A DNA stretch of 64,000 bases from Candidatus Poribacteria bacterium (GCA_965215265.1 OZ244048.1:768001-832000); one strand, 5' to 3'. Shown: positions 37,690 through 49,152, numbered from the stretch's first letter. Made by a program: numbers and translations. The notes: generated by a model not told the origin, from the letters alone.

Positions 37690-39228
37690 ATGCTTGCAAG
37701 AGTCCTCAGCAGCGCAATGCTGGGAATTGATGCCTATATCGTTAAAGTTGAGGTGGATGTCGCAGACGGCCTTCCGGCTTTCAGTACCGTAGGCTTACCT
37801 GACAGTGCCATTAGGGAGAGCAAAGACAGGGTTACGGCGGCAATTAAGAACTCCGACTACTACTTTCCCCCGGGACGCATCACTGCCAACCTCGCCCCCG
37901 CGGACATCCGGAAGGCCGGATCCGCCTTCGATCTTCCGATTGCAATGGGTGTCATGGGTGCTACCAATCAGGTCAGGGTAGAACGGCTTGAGAACACCAT
38001 GGTTTTAGGAGAACTCGCACTTGACGGTAGCATCCGGAGCATCCAGGGGGTCCTTCCGATGGCGATCGCCGCAAAACAGAATAAACTGCAAGATATCATC
38101 CTGCCCGCTGAAAATGCAAAAGAAGCAGCAATCGTTGAGGAATTGAACGTCTATCCGGTCGCTAATCTCACTGATGCTGCGGCGTTCCTAAACGGCACGA
38201 AAAAGATATTGCCCGAACCTCACACCCTCGGTTCCGAGGCACACTCACACCCATTGAACGCAGGGCTTGATTTAGCTGATGTTAAAGGACAAGAACATGT
38301 CAAACGTGCGATTGAAATCGCCGCAGCAGGTGGACATAACCTGATTATGATTGGGCCACCTGGTTCTGGGAAAACTATGATTGCCAAACGCATTCCATCA
38401 CTCCTGCCCCGGCTCTCTATGGATGAATCGCTTGAAACAACAAAAATTCAGAGCATCGTTGGAATCCTACCGAGTGACATGCCGTTGGTTGTAACGCGTC
38501 CCTACCGTTCACCACACCACACCATTTCAGATGCTGGGTTAATCGGCGGGGGGCAGGTGCCGCGTCCGGGTGAAGTGAGCCTAGCACACAACGGTGTTCT
38601 CTTTTTAGACGAGCTCCCTGAATTTCGCAGAAACGTGCTTGAAGTCATGCGGCAGCCGTTAGAAGATCGACACGTGACTATCTCACGTGCTGCTGCGTCG
38701 CTCACTTACCCTGCAAATTTCATGCTCGTCGCAGCGATGAATCCTTGTCCATGCGGATTCTTCAGCGATCCGAACCGCAGCTGCAAATGTACACCGAACC
38801 AAATTCAAAACTACGTCTCTCGTATCTCCGGGCCGCTATTAGATAGGATTGATATTCAGGTTGAGGTGCCTGCGGTAAAGTACGCCGAACTCTCGGCACA
38901 GACGGCCGGGGAACCATCCGAAACCGTGCGTGAACGGGTTGAAACAGCACGGAAAAAGCAACACAAGCGGTTTCAAGGTACAAAAATCCATGCCAACGCG
39001 GATATGGAATCCAAGCAAATTCGAGAATACTGTCAAGTTGATGCAGAGTCACAGGATTTGCTGCGGATCGCTATTAATCAATTAGGACTCAGTGCTCGTG
39101 CCTACGATCGAATTTTGAAAGTCTCGCGCACCATCGCAGATGTAGAACAGCACGCCTCTATTCAAGCAGGGCATGTCTCCGAAGCGATACAGTATCGTAG
39201 TTTAGATCGGAATTTTTGGAAAAAATAG
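37690..39228 (+). CDS. comM: YifB/ComM Mg-chelatase-like AAA+ ATPase
   Basis: GPPGSGKTM, PGEVSLAHNGVLFLDELPEF, MNPCPCG, SGPLLDRID. Confidence 0.93.
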   Translation: MLARVLSSAMLGIDAYIVKVEVDVADGLPAFSTVGLPDSAIRESKDRVTAAIKNSDYYFPPGRITANLAPADIRKAGSAFDLPIAMGVMGATNQVRVERLENTMVLGELALDGSIRSIQGVLPMAIAAKQNKLQDIILPAENAKEAAIVEELNVYPVANLTDAAAFLNGTKKILPEPHTLGSEAHSHPLNAGLDLADVKGQEHVKRAIEIAAAGGHNLIMIGPPGSGKTMIAKRIPSLLPRLSMDESLETTKIQSIVGILPSDMPLVVTRPYRSPHHTISDAGLIGGGQVPRPGEVSLAHNGVLFLDELPEFRRNVLEVMRQPLEDRHVTISRAAASLTYPANFMLVAAMNPCPCGFFSDPNRSCKCTPNQIQNYVSRISGPLLDRIDIQVEVPAVKYAELSAQTAGEPSETVRERVETARKKQHKRFQGTKIHANADMESKQIREYCQVDAESQDLLRIAINQLGLSARAYDRILKVSRTIADVEQHASIQAGHVSEAIQYRSLDRNFWKK

Positions 39229-39255
39229 AGCAAAACCACCTCAACGGAGAAGAAA

Positions 39256-40605
39256 ATGCCACCTAATTTTATCCTATTTTTGACAGACGACCAGGGCTAC
39301 GCGGATTTGTCTTGTATGGGCGCGCCAGATTTCAAAACGCCTCACTTGGATAGAATGGCAACAGAAGGCGCACGTTTTACTGACTGGTACTCTAACTCAC
39401 CGGTCTGTTCGCCTTCCCGCGCTGCATTGCTGACAGGACGGTATCCGTGCCATGCGGGGGTCCGTTCCATCTTAGCCGGACACCGTACCGCTACAGGCTT
39501 ACCTCCGTCTGTACCGACTCTCGCCACCGCTCTCAAGAAACACGGTTATTACACCGCTATGTCCGGTAAATGGCACTTAGGACTTGCAGAGGGCTCCCGA
39601 CCCGAGGACCACGGGTTTGATGATTGGTTCGGCTTTATGGCAGGATGCATCGATTTCTTCTCGCATATCTTTTACTGGGGCATGGCACAACAGGGAATCG
39701 ACCAGACGCACGATCTCTGGGAAAATGGGGAAGAGATATATCGAAACGGAGAATACTTTACCGAGTTAATCACGGAATACGCGCTCAGATACATCCGGAA
39801 AGCGGTTGAATTGGGCAAACCGTTTTTCCTATACGTACCGTATAACGCACCACATTACCCCATGCACGCACCACAGAAATACGTTGATCGGTTTCCAAAC
39901 ATGCCTTGGGCTCGGCAGATTATGGCGGCAATGCTGAGTGCAGTTGACGATAGCGTTGGGGAAATTTTCGCAGAACTGGAACGACAAGGCATCGCAGAAA
40001 ACACTTTCTCCTATTTCCAAAGTGATAACGGGCCTTCCCGGGAAACCCGAAATTGGTTAGACGGAACGCAAGACCCGTACTACGGCGGCACCACAGGAAA
40101 ACTGAAAGGACATAAATTTAGCCTTTATGAAGGCGGTATCCGCTCCCCAGGCATTATGAACTGGCCAGAACGCATCCCCGCAGGACAAGTTATCAGTGAA
40201 TCCGGCGCAGCTATGGATGTGTTCCCAACGTTCCTTAATGCTGCAGGTGGAGATGCTTCTACGTATGAACTTGATGGACTTGATCTTCTCCGCATGGTTG
40301 CTGACGGTGAGCCAACTCCACACCGTGCACTCTATTGGGAGATGGGCAAACAGACCGCTATCCGTCAGGGAAAATGGAAACTCGTCCTCAATGGCCAATT
40401 AGTCGAAGGCGCACCCCCGGAAGACGACATCCATCTCGCTGACCTTGAAACCGATATCGGGGAAACCGAGAATCGCTGTTCCTGCCATCCAGAACGCACC
40501 GCCGAACTCACCGAAGCAGCGCAAAACTGGCGAGAACAGATTGAAATACATTGGCAAAATCAATGGACAACGCCTAACGGAACAACCGGATATGTCAAGA
40601 GGTAG
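39256..40605 (+). CDS. Arylsulfatase-family sulfatase
   Basis: [30 protein letters not shown]. Confidence 0.95.
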   Translation: MPPNFILFLTDDQGYADLSCMGAPDFKTPHLDRMATEGARFTDWYSNSPVCSPSRAALLTGRYPCHAGVRSILAGHRTATGLPPSVPTLATALKKHGYYTAMSGKWHLGLAEGSRPEDHGFDDWFGFMAGCIDFFSHIFYWGMAQQGIDQTHDLWENGEEIYRNGEYFTELITEYALRYIRKAVELGKPFFLYVPYNAPHYPMHAPQKYVDRFPNMPWARQIMAAMLSAVDDSVGEIFAELERQGIAENTFSYFQSDNGPSRETRNWLDGTQDPYYGGTTGKLKGHKFSLYEGGIRSPGIMNWPERIPAGQVISESGAAMDVFPTFLNAAGGDASTYELDGLDLLRMVADGEPTPHRALYWEMGKQTAIRQGKWKLVLNGQLVEGAPPEDDIHLADLETDIGETENRCSCHPERTAELTEAAQNWREQIEIHWQNQWTTPNGTTGYVKR

Positions 40606-40609
40606 TAAC

Positions 40610-41368
40610 ATGCTAAATTACAATCAAGACGCTTACGGGCATCTGCTCTCTGACTATCACAAAGGACAAGAAAACGTGCTGGAAATTATTGAACGCGAGG
40701 ACGGCTTGATCACCGCTAGCCCTTCACATCCTCAAGCATATTTTCATGAATATTCAGCCTGGCCTGAACATCAAAAACAGGGAATCAAATATGCCGCCGG
40801 CAGAATTTTGGATGTTGGAAGCGGGGCCGGATGCCATGCCCTCTATCTTCAGAAACAAGGACACGATGTCCTCGGAACCGATAATTCACCCCTGGCAATT
40901 CAACTTTGCCAACACCGAGGGCTAAAAAATGCGCAGGTAATGTCCATTACCCAACTCAGTCCTAAACTCGGCACGTTTGATACATTTCTCATGCTGGGAA
41001 ACAATTTTGGACTTGTCAGCAATTTCAAGAGAGCCCGGTGGCTGCTAAAACGTTTTGCAACCATGACAACCCAAACCGCAAAAATTATTGCCGAAGCTAC
41101 AAACCCTTATGAAACTGAAGACCAGCTACATCTTCACTATCACCAAGTTAACCGCGATAGAGGTAGGATGAGCGGCCAATTAAGACTGCGAGTTCGGCAC
41201 AAAAAATATGCGACACCGTGGTTTGATTACTTGTTTCTCTCAAAATCAGAATTGGATTCCATACTCCAAGGCACTAATTGGACAGTTGAACGCTATATTG
41301 ACAATACAGATACACCCTCTTATATCGCAATCCTACAAAAGCTATCACCCGCGAAGGATACGTCATGA
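40610..41368 (+). CDS. Class I SAM-dependent methyltransferase
   Basis: ILDVGSGAG, FDTFLMLGNNFG. Confidence 0.85.
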   Translation: MLNYNQDAYGHLLSDYHKGQENVLEIIEREDGLITASPSHPQAYFHEYSAWPEHQKQGIKYAAGRILDVGSGAGCHALYLQKQGHDVLGTDNSPLAIQLCQHRGLKNAQVMSITQLSPKLGTFDTFLMLGNNFGLVSNFKRARWLLKRFATMTTQTAKIIAEATNPYETEDQLHLHYHQVNRDRGRMSGQLRLRVRHKKYATPWFDYLFLSKSELDSILQGTNWTVERYIDNTDTPSYIAILQKLSPAKDTS

Positions 41369-42264
41369 CAGCCTTTAAATTCGCGTTTATTACAGACACG
41401 CATCTTTACCCGAACGCACCGGAAAACTTTGCAAGTGGACTGCAACAACAGAAAAATAGTATTGAACTCTATGAAAAATTGATTGAACAACTGAACACGT
41501 TCGATCCAGCATTTGTAATACATGGCGGCGACATTGTTTGCGGCGGTAAAAATTTTGACATGTCAGCAGACGAATATGAATACGCCCTGCACCACGCAAA
41601 ACGGCTCGGAGAACAACTAAAGGTGCCATGCTATTATATCCCCGGAAACCACGATCTGGATCCAGAGACCGGTTCCAAGGCTTCTTATATGAGACTCTTT
41701 GGGATAAATGGTCAGGCATATCACAGTTTGGTACATAACAATATCCGGTTTATCCTATTAGACGCGCAAGAAGTCCCCGAAGACCTCACGCACGGTTATG
41801 TTAGCACAGCACAACTCGCATGGTTAGAACATGAATTAAAAGTAGCTAAAGATAAAAGAGAAGAAGTTTTTATCTTCTCGCATCAACTCCTTTTTCCGAA
41901 TGTCGAGTTCCAGGGAATCGGTTCAAGAATTGGCAATTCTGCGGAAATGCTCGAAATCATAGCACCTTTCGAAAAAAATATATTGGGCTGTTTCTGCGGG
42001 CATTTGCATCTCAATCGTGTATTTCAAGAACAAGGCATGCGGTGCATCATTACTGCCGGCATTATCTGCTACCCCATGACTTACCGCAAAGTTTATGTTA
42101 ATACAGATAACATTGCGATTCGATCCGAGCAGGTAGCACTGCCAGAGGTGTTTGCCCGTTCGGAAGCAGTAAATGCTGATAATAATCCGTACCTCTCTGG
42201 CCGTGCATCGGATCAGGATTTTGACATACCGAGAAAAATGCAGTCCGTGGCAGCTAATGTATGA
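41365..42264 (+). CDS. Calcineurin-like metallophosphoesterase
   Basis: TDTH, GGD, PGNHD, FSHQ, GHLH. Confidence 0.9.
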   Translation: MTAFKFAFITDTHLYPNAPENFASGLQQQKNSIELYEKLIEQLNTFDPAFVIHGGDIVCGGKNFDMSADEYEYALHHAKRLGEQLKVPCYYIPGNHDLDPETGSKASYMRLFGINGQAYHSLVHNNIRFILLDAQEVPEDLTHGYVSTAQLAWLEHELKVAKDKREEVFIFSHQLLFPNVEFQGIGSRIGNSAEMLEIIAPFEKNILGCFCGHLHLNRVFQEQGMRCIITAGIICYPMTYRKVYVNTDNIAIRSEQVALPEVFARSEAVNADNNPYLSGRASDQDFDIPRKMQSVAANV

Positions 42265-42329
42265 GCGTGCCTCCGGTAGTTGCATGGGTACGAGAAGAAC
42301 CGTGTTTGCAAACCGTACAAAACAAAGAA

Positions 42330-43292
42330 ATGATAGATGTCCAACACCTCACAAAGAATTATGGCCCCTTTCAGGCACTCAAAGACATCTCCTTTAATGT
42401 AGACAAGGGCCAGGTGGTTGGATTTCTCGGTCCCAACGGTGCGGGGAAAACCACCACGATGCGTATCCTTACCTGCTTCATGCCCGCCAGCAGCGGGCGT
42501 GTCACCGTGGCAGGCTACGATGTTTTCAAAGAATCGAGAGATGTACGCAAGCGCATTGGGTACCTGCCAGAAAACGTTCCCCTCTATCTTGAAATGAGCG
42601 TGGCGAAGTACCTCATCTACATGGCAAAAATTCGTAATGTCCCTTCTCGGCAGCGTAAGAATCAGTTGGATATAGCAATTGAGGCATGTGGGTTAACCGG
42701 ACGCCGGCATCAGATTATTGGGCAATTGTCGCGAGGCTTCCGGCAGCGGGTTGGATTAGCACAAGCGCTCATCCACGACCCGGATGTCTTAATTCTCGAT
42801 GAACCGACTTCCGGCTTAGACCCGCGTCAAATCGTGGAGATTCGAGAATTAATAAAAACACTCGGCAAGGAACGGACAATCCTTTTTAGCACACATATCC
42901 TCTCTGAAGCGAGCATAACGTGTGAACGTCTGATTATCATTAGTCAGGGGCGTATCACAGGGGATGTCCAGCTCGCCGATGGCCGTGCTGTCTCTATACA
43001 AACTGAAATTGCCGAATTAGTTGAAAATAAAGAAGGCGATGCGTCGGTAAAAACACTGACACTTGAAATTGCAGGTGCCGCTGCAGAGGAGGTCTCGGCA
43101 GTACTCAGGAACATTCCTGAGGTGATAACCGCTATACACAAAGGCATGACGACGTTTCAGATTCAGTACGCCATGACAACAGATATCCGGGCAGAGGTGG
43201 CAGAAACCATTGTTAGGCATGGATGGAAGCTACTTGAAATGCATACCCCTGAAATGACACTGGAAGAAGTGTTTCTCTCTTTAACTGTCTGA
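42330..43292 (+). CDS. ABC-2 type transporter ATP-binding protein
   Basis: GPNGAGKTT, LSRGFRQRVG, LDEPTSGLDP, STHIL. Confidence 0.9.
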   Translation: MIDVQHLTKNYGPFQALKDISFNVDKGQVVGFLGPNGAGKTTTMRILTCFMPASSGRVTVAGYDVFKESRDVRKRIGYLPENVPLYLEMSVAKYLIYMAKIRNVPSRQRKNQLDIAIEACGLTGRRHQIIGQLSRGFRQRVGLAQALIHDPDVLILDEPTSGLDPRQIVEIRELIKTLGKERTILFSTHILSEASITCERLIIISQGRITGDVQLADGRAVSIQTEIAELVENKEGDASVKTLTLEIAGAAAEEVSAVLRNIPEVITAIHKGMTTFQIQYAMTTDIRAEVAETIVRHGWKLLEMHTPEMTLEEVFLSLTV

Positions 43293-43396
43293 ACCATCTT
43301 TTTGTAGTGTGAAGCGTTTAGGTGCTATGGGTGTGAAGCTTTTGGTGCCCATCTTGCTAGAGATTTCGCTGCCAAAAATCATCAGGAGACCTTTTT

Positions 43397-44353
43397 GTGA
43401 AACTCGTTACTTTCAAAAAATCGACATCAACAAAAGCGCCTCGTCTTGGCGCATGGATCGGCGATGATAAAATTGTGGATTTGGATACTGCTGCAAACGG
43501 GTTAGGCATGCTTGAATGCTTCGCGCAGAACCTTACCACTAACCTACAAAGCAGCATTGATGCCGTCCAAAAACAACTTACCGCCCGAACAGCCGAGGTT
43601 GGCGCGGTTTTCCCTGTTGCCGATGTGCAACTGCTGGCACCTTTCCCTCAACCTGCCAGTCTCCGCGATTTCGGAGTCTTCAAAACGCACATGGATGCTG
43701 CCGCACGGATTACTGGTAAAGAAATCTCGCCCGAATGGTTCAAACTACCTAACTATTACCGCGGCAGTACAAGTCCTGCCTCCATCGCAGGACACGAAGC
43801 TGTGATCACCTGGCCCAACTATACAGAAAAGCTCGATTTTGAGTTAGAATGGGGTGTCTATATCGGTAAAATAGGGAAAAACATTTCGGTAGCGGAAGCC
43901 CCTGAGTACATCGCCGGCTATACCATCTATAACGATATTAGCGCGCGCGACATTCAATTCCGGCACATGACCTTGGCACTCGGTCCTGCAAAAGGGAAGG
44001 ATTTCGATAATAGCAATATCATGGGCCCTTGCCTCGTCACACCTGATGAAATTGGCGATCCGTACAATCTGCGAATGATTGCCACAGTCAACGGCGAAGT
44101 CTGGGCAGACGGAAACACTTCCGATATGTATTACACGTTTGCGGAGATGATCTCATTCGTTTCTCAATCCGAAACACTTTATCCGGGAGATTTCTTAGGC
44201 TCCGGTACCGTCGGGAAAGGCTGTGGCTGGGAGCTCGATAGGTGGATCCAGCCAGGCGACGTGATTGAGCTGGAAGTGGAAAATATCGGCGTGCTTAGAA
44301 ACCGAATCGGCGAACCCGAACAGAACCGTGCCGCTTGGAAGGAAAAAGTGTAA
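43397..44353 (+). CDS. Fumarylacetoacetate hydrolase family protein
   Basis: LDFELE, NDISARDIQ, AKGKDF, GDFLGSGT. Confidence 0.9.
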   Translation: MKLVTFKKSTSTKAPRLGAWIGDDKIVDLDTAANGLGMLECFAQNLTTNLQSSIDAVQKQLTARTAEVGAVFPVADVQLLAPFPQPASLRDFGVFKTHMDAAARITGKEISPEWFKLPNYYRGSTSPASIAGHEAVITWPNYTEKLDFELEWGVYIGKIGKNISVAEAPEYIAGYTIYNDISARDIQFRHMTLALGPAKGKDFDNSNIMGPCLVTPDEIGDPYNLRMIATVNGEVWADGNTSDMYYTFAEMISFVSQSETLYPGDFLGSGTVGKGCGWELDRWIQPGDVIELEVENIGVLRNRIGEPEQNRAAWKEKV

Positions 44354-44355
44354 CC

Positions 44356-45105
44356 ATGCGCTTGAAAAATAAAGTCGCCATCATCACGGGGGCAGCCTCC
44401 GGTATCGGAAAAGCGGCAGCTATCCTGTTTGCAGAAAACGGTGCGAACGTTGTTGTTGCAGACATCAATCGCACTGGCGGAAACCGGACCGTGGACACGA
44501 TTCGCGACACCGGCGGCGAAGCCAGCTACATTCCAGTTGATGTGACAATAGCAGATGACTCGCAACGGATGGTTCAAGAAACCGTTAGAAGTTACGGCAA
44601 ATTGGATATTCTGTTCAACAATGCAGGCATTGCGATGCGCCTCCCTGTTGCAGAACTACCAGAATCAGATTGGCACCACTGTTTAGCTGTCAATCTCACC
44701 GGAGTATACCTCTGTGCAAAAGCTGCGATTCCAGCAATGCAGGAGAACGGTGGCGGCACCATCATCAATATGTCGTCCATTTACGGGATTGTGGGTGGGG
44801 ATGTTCGCGCGGCGTATGTGGCTTCTAAGGGGGGCGTGACAAACCTCACCCGCGGCATGGCACTCGACTACGCACAGGACAACATTCGCGTTAACTGTAT
44901 TTGCCCCGGTTTTATTGAAACGCCCTTAGTTGCCGGAGTCGTCAAAACGCCAGAGGAATATCGGAAGCTGGCAGACCGGCATCCGATGAAACGGCTCGGT
45001 AAGCCGGAAGAGATTGCCTACGGTGCGCTATACCTTGCCTCCGATGAAGCCGCGTTCGTCACTGGCATCGCCCTCCCAATTGATGGAGGCTATACTGCTG
45101 GATAA
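44356..45105 (+). CDS. Short-chain dehydrogenase/reductase
   Basis: TGAASGIG, NNAG, YVASK, IRVNCICPG. Confidence 0.93.
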   Translation: MRLKNKVAIITGAASGIGKAAAILFAENGANVVVADINRTGGNRTVDTIRDTGGEASYIPVDVTIADDSQRMVQETVRSYGKLDILFNNAGIAMRLPVAELPESDWHHCLAVNLTGVYLCAKAAIPAMQENGGGTIINMSSIYGIVGGDVRAAYVASKGGVTNLTRGMALDYAQDNIRVNCICPGFIETPLVAGVVKTPEEYRKLADRHPMKRLGKPEEIAYGALYLASDEAAFVTGIALPIDGGYTAG

Positions 45106-45322
45106 TGATAAATGAAGCATCAATCAAAAGTTATATTTTTGATTTTCAGTCAGTCAGTACATCATCAACCGCCTTAGAAAGTCCCATCGGCTTATTCTAT
45201 ACCGAGGGATGTCAGGACGTGAAAACCTGATGGACGCTATTGAAATATCTAACGCAGCGGAACTGCGTACCCTCGTAATATCATAGCACACCAACGGACT
45301 TACTCACTTTTCTATTTTAAAA

Positions 45323-48187
45323 ATGCGAAAACTATCCTTCTGTGCTTTTCTCTTTTTACTGCTAAACAGCGCATACCTATTCAGCTTCGGCGAGCCGACG
45401 CTTTTCTATATTTTTAACGTCTTACTCCACATCGTGCTGGGGATGTTCCTCCTAATTCCGTTCGGCATCTATGTGTATCGGCATTTTAGGCGCACCTCAA
45501 GGTTTAGTCAAATTGGCATCGCCTGTTTAACCCTCGGCATTTTGAGTGGTGTTTACCTCATGAAGGTTGGGGCGACGCGTCCATATCGGTGGCTGTTGAT
45601 TTTCCATATCGTCACCGTGACGCTTGGCACGCTGCTTTTCGTTATTCATCTACTTTTTCGAGAACAGAGATTCCGGCACTCAGCACGTTTAAAAAAGGGT
45701 GTGGTGTCAGTGTTTGTTATCATTTTTCTCTTTCCGCTCGGTGCGAAAGTCCTACAACACTACCTGCCGAACGAAGAATATCTTGTCAAGAACCCGGCCC
45801 TACCGCCCACCAGTATGTACGAAGAGGGGGGCGGGACAACAGGGCACTTTTTCCCCGCATCCGTTGAAACTGTAACAGGGAACCTTATTCCGACAGATTT
45901 CTTTCTCACTTCAGAGACATGTGCCGCGAAAGGCTGCCATCCGGATATTTACCAGCAATGGAATGAGTCAGCGCATCACTTCTCATCTTTCAACAACCAA
46001 TGGTACCGCAAATCAATTATCTATATGCAAGAGGTTAACGGCATTCAGCCGTCAAAGTGGTGCGGGGGCTGCCACGATCCGGCCATCCTCCTTAATGGCG
46101 TTATGGACAGGCCGATTCGGGAGAACCTGCATACACCCGCCGCGCAAGCAGGGCTTGCATGCACGGCATGCCACTCAATTGAGAAAGTCAAAGATACGAT
46201 GGGAAATAGTGGGTATCTGATTAAGTACCCGCCGCTGCATGACATCGCCGCCAGCGACAGTCCACTAGTCCGGAAACTGCACAACTACCTTATTCGACTC
46301 GATCCGGAACCGCATAAGAAGAGCTTCTTGAAACCGTTCCACCGGGAAAATACGGCAGAATTCTGTGCAACGTGCCACAAGGCGCACCTTGATGAACCTG
46401 TCAACAATTTCCGGTGGGTACGCGGCTTTAACGACTACGATCAGTGGCAAAAAAGCGGCGTTTCCCACCAAGGTGCCCTATCTTTCTATTATCCGGAAAA
46501 AGCAAAGAGATGTGTAGATTGCCATATGCCGTTAGTCGCATCCAATGATGCAGCGAATATCAACGGCAAGGTGCACAGCCATCGCTTTCCGGCAGCGAAC
46601 ACCGCACTCCCATTTGTGAATAAGCACGAAGAGCAACTCAAGGCCGTAACTGAATTTTTGCAAGATAATAAGGTAACTTTAGATCTGTTCGTGGACGGGA
46701 TGCCAATTCCACGTATACAAACAGCAACAAAACCGAGCCAAGCCGCTAAGGGGACCGAGCTTGGCAGGTATGAGTCTGCACAATTGAAAAAAGGCGGAGA
46801 CGTACGGATTGATGTAGTTGTACGCACACGGGATGTCGGTCATCGATTTCCGGCAGGGACAATTGATGCCTTCGACATCTGGCTAGAGGTGAAAGTTGTT
46901 GACGAAAACGGTAAGGTTATTTTCTGGAATGGGAGAATCGCCGCACCTGATGGAAATGGACCTGTTGACCCAAGCGCGCACTTTTATCACAGTTATTTGC
47001 TCGATGAGCACGGGAACCGCATCAATAAACGAAATGCATGGGCAATGCGCACAGTGCTGTATAGTAGAACAATTCCACCCGGTGCTGCCGACACGGTTCG
47101 TTACCGTTTGGAAATCCCAGAAGACTGCGGAGACACGCTGACACTGACAGCTAAATTGAACTATCGTAAATTCAACTGGTGGCACACGCAATGGGCTTAT
47201 GCTGGCGTACGCAATCCGGAGGATACAGATTTTCAGATGGATAAAGGGTACGATGATGGGACGTGGGTATGGACTGGGGATACATCGGATGTCGCAGGGA
47301 AAATCAAGGCAATCCCTAATCTACCCATTACTGTCATGGCATCTGCAACCGCCACGCTTAGCGTGGGAAAGGATATTGGTAAGGATACTCGTGTCGAACA
47401 AGAGCTTGGAGCTCTGCCTTCTTCTGTTAAGCGGGATGCTAGTTTGTCCAACGAGGCGAGCAGATCCGGTAAAACAACCTCGTTTACCAATGGTTCCTTT
47501 GGTTCCTTATCGCATCCGTTAGGGCAATACAAAACACACGAACGATGGAATGACTACGGCATCGGTTTCCTACTGCAAGGCGACCTGAAAGCCGCAGCGT
47601 CCGCATTTCTAAAGGTAACGGAGATAGAACCGACCTACCTTGACGGTTGGGTGAACGTGGCGCGATGCCGTATTGAAGAAGGGGAAATGCGTGGGGCAGA
47701 AACAGTTCTTGACAAGGCGTTTGAAATCCAGAAGACGTTACCCCCTGAAAATCCACATCGTGCAAAGGTTCACTACTTTTATGCCCTTGTACAGGAAGCT
47801 TACGGGAATTACGACACAGCCATTCAGCACATTCAACTCGCCGCCTCGCAATTTCCACGCGACACACGGGTCCGAAACAAGTTGGGACGGCTCCGCTTTC
47901 TCAAACGTGATTATGAAAACGCCCTGCAAGAATTTCAGAAAACGCTGGCAGTCGACCCGGAAGATCTGGATGCACATTATAATATGATGCGTTGTTACCG
48001 CGCACTCAAGAATCCTTCCATGGCCGCGCAATCCCAGAAATTATATCTGCGGTTTAAAGTGGATGAATCTGTCGAAGCGATCACCGGCACCCCACGGCGC
48101 ACCGATGCCAACGCTAATCGGGAGCGCCAACCGATTCACGAACATACCAACAGTTATGAACCTTCAAGCGAAATACCCAACGATTGA
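45323..48187 (+). CDS. Membrane-anchored multiheme cytochrome c with C-terminal TPR repeats
   Basis: N-terminal TM helices; CGGCH, CTACH, CATCH, CVDCH plus atypical CAAKGCH; TPR-like C-terminus. Confidence 0.85.
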   Translation: MRKLSFCAFLFLLLNSAYLFSFGEPTLFYIFNVLLHIVLGMFLLIPFGIYVYRHFRRTSRFSQIGIACLTLGILSGVYLMKVGATRPYRWLLIFHIVTVTLGTLLFVIHLLFREQRFRHSARLKKGVVSVFVIIFLFPLGAKVLQHYLPNEEYLVKNPALPPTSMYEEGGGTTGHFFPASVETVTGNLIPTDFFLTSETCAAKGCHPDIYQQWNESAHHFSSFNNQWYRKSIIYMQEVNGIQPSKWCGGCHDPAILLNGVMDRPIRENLHTPAAQAGLACTACHSIEKVKDTMGNSGYLIKYPPLHDIAASDSPLVRKLHNYLIRLDPEPHKKSFLKPFHRENTAEFCATCHKAHLDEPVNNFRWVRGFNDYDQWQKSGVSHQGALSFYYPEKAKRCVDCHMPLVASNDAANINGKVHSHRFPAANTALPFVNKHEEQLKAVTEFLQDNKVTLDLFVDGMPIPRIQTATKPSQAAKGTELGRYESAQLKKGGDVRIDVVVRTRDVGHRFPAGTIDAFDIWLEVKVVDENGKVIFWNGRIAAPDGNGPVDPSAHFYHSYLLDEHGNRINKRNAWAMRTVLYSRTIPPGAADTVRYRLEIPEDCGDTLTLTAKLNYRKFNWWHTQWAYAGVRNPEDTDFQMDKGYDDGTWVWTGDTSDVAGKIKAIPNLPITVMASATATLSVGKDIGKDTRVEQELGALPSSVKRDASLSNEASRSGKTTSFTNGSFGSLSHPLGQYKTHERWNDYGIGFLLQGDLKAAASAFLKVTEIEPTYLDGWVNVARCRIEEGEMRGAETVLDKAFEIQKTLPPENPHRAKVHYFYALVQEAYGNYDTAIQHIQLAASQFPRDTRVRNKLGRLRFLKRDYENALQEFQKTLAVDPEDLDAHYNMMRCYRALKNPSMAAQSQKLYLRFKVDESVEAITGTPRRTDANANRERQPIHEHTNSYEPSSEIPND

Positions 48188-48941
48188 ACATCAAAACGCC
48201 GCCGAAGCCGTTATTGACTTCTTTGCACCGCTTGATAAAATTGACGCACTCTGCTTAACATGTTCATGTGCACGTGGTAAAGCGACTAAAGATAGCTGCC
48301 TCGACCTGCTTGTGATTGCAAAGCCAGAAGTTATCTCCACATCCCAGGGCGGACTTGAAAAAATGTGGACGGAATTCTATGCGACAGCGCCTGTTTTTCA
48401 ACGACTCGCTGCTGTCGGAAAATATGCACACGTAGATTTAGAATTCAGCGACGGGCACTTTTTGCCAAGGCAACGCGGCTGGACAGGTGGACCGGATGAA
48501 TTCGAACTCGTCATCGGGAATTACCTTGTTTACAGCGTCGTGCTGCATCAAAAGAGCAGCTATTTTCAGCAACTTAAGGAAAAATGGCTCCCTTATTACG
48601 ATGAAGCTCTGCGCCAAAAACGGCTCCGCACGACACGTGACTATTGTCTCAACAACCTCGATCATATTCCGCTTTACGTTGCACGCGGACTTCACTTTCA
48701 AAGTTTCAACCGTTTTTACGATGCCTTTCGCGAATTCTTGCAGGCACTCTTTATTGCACACCGCACTTACCCTATCGCCTACGACAAATGGATCCAAGAA
48801 CAGATTGTGGATATCTTAGAAATGCCACAACTCTATGTACAACTACCGCGTCTGTTTGAGCTCGATAATTTCGAAAGCACCCACATTGTGGAAAAGGCAG
48901 AGCTCTTGAGAAGTCTATTGGCTACATACGCACCTGTCTAA
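48156..48941 (+). CDS. Nucleotidyltransferase-domain protein
   Basis: CSCARGKATKDSCLDLLV resembles GSxARG...SDxD; helical C-terminus. Confidence 0.6.
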   Translation: MNLQAKYPTIEHQNAAEAVIDFFAPLDKIDALCLTCSCARGKATKDSCLDLLVIAKPEVISTSQGGLEKMWTEFYATAPVFQRLAAVGKYAHVDLEFSDGHFLPRQRGWTGGPDEFELVIGNYLVYSVVLHQKSSYFQQLKEKWLPYYDEALRQKRLRTTRDYCLNNLDHIPLYVARGLHFQSFNRFYDAFREFLQALFIAHRTYPIAYDKWIQEQIVDILEMPQLYVQLPRLFELDNFESTHIVEKAELLRSLLATYAPV

Positions 48942-49050
48942 TTCAACTCATACACCGATTCGTTAATCAAAAGACGCTATTTTCTCACTTACCCTCATTT
49001 TTTTTGAGAGTCGTCTGTGTGTGATATTGTTACGGTTGTCTGTGAGAAAA

Positions 49051-49152
49051 GTGGCAGGATAGGTATTCTTTATCTCTCTTTTCAGGAGAGTGGCAGGATA
49101 GGTATTCTTTGTCTCTCCTTCAGGACAGACAAGATAGCCTTTTACCTGCCAC
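49051..49152. repeat. REP-like palindromic repeat with partial tandem duplication (39-bp period)
   Basis: GTGGCAGGATAGGTATTCTTT twice, closing with CCTGCCAC; inverted relative at 27605-27646. Confidence 0.65.

Noticed and set aside
43309-43352. 24-bp-period duplication TGTGAAGC...GGTGC
   Set aside because: Two degenerate copies only, with no supporting context.
49051-49152. Possible mini-CRISPR array
   Set aside because: Only two units with similar intervening sequence, palindromic REP-like structure, and no cas genes in the window.
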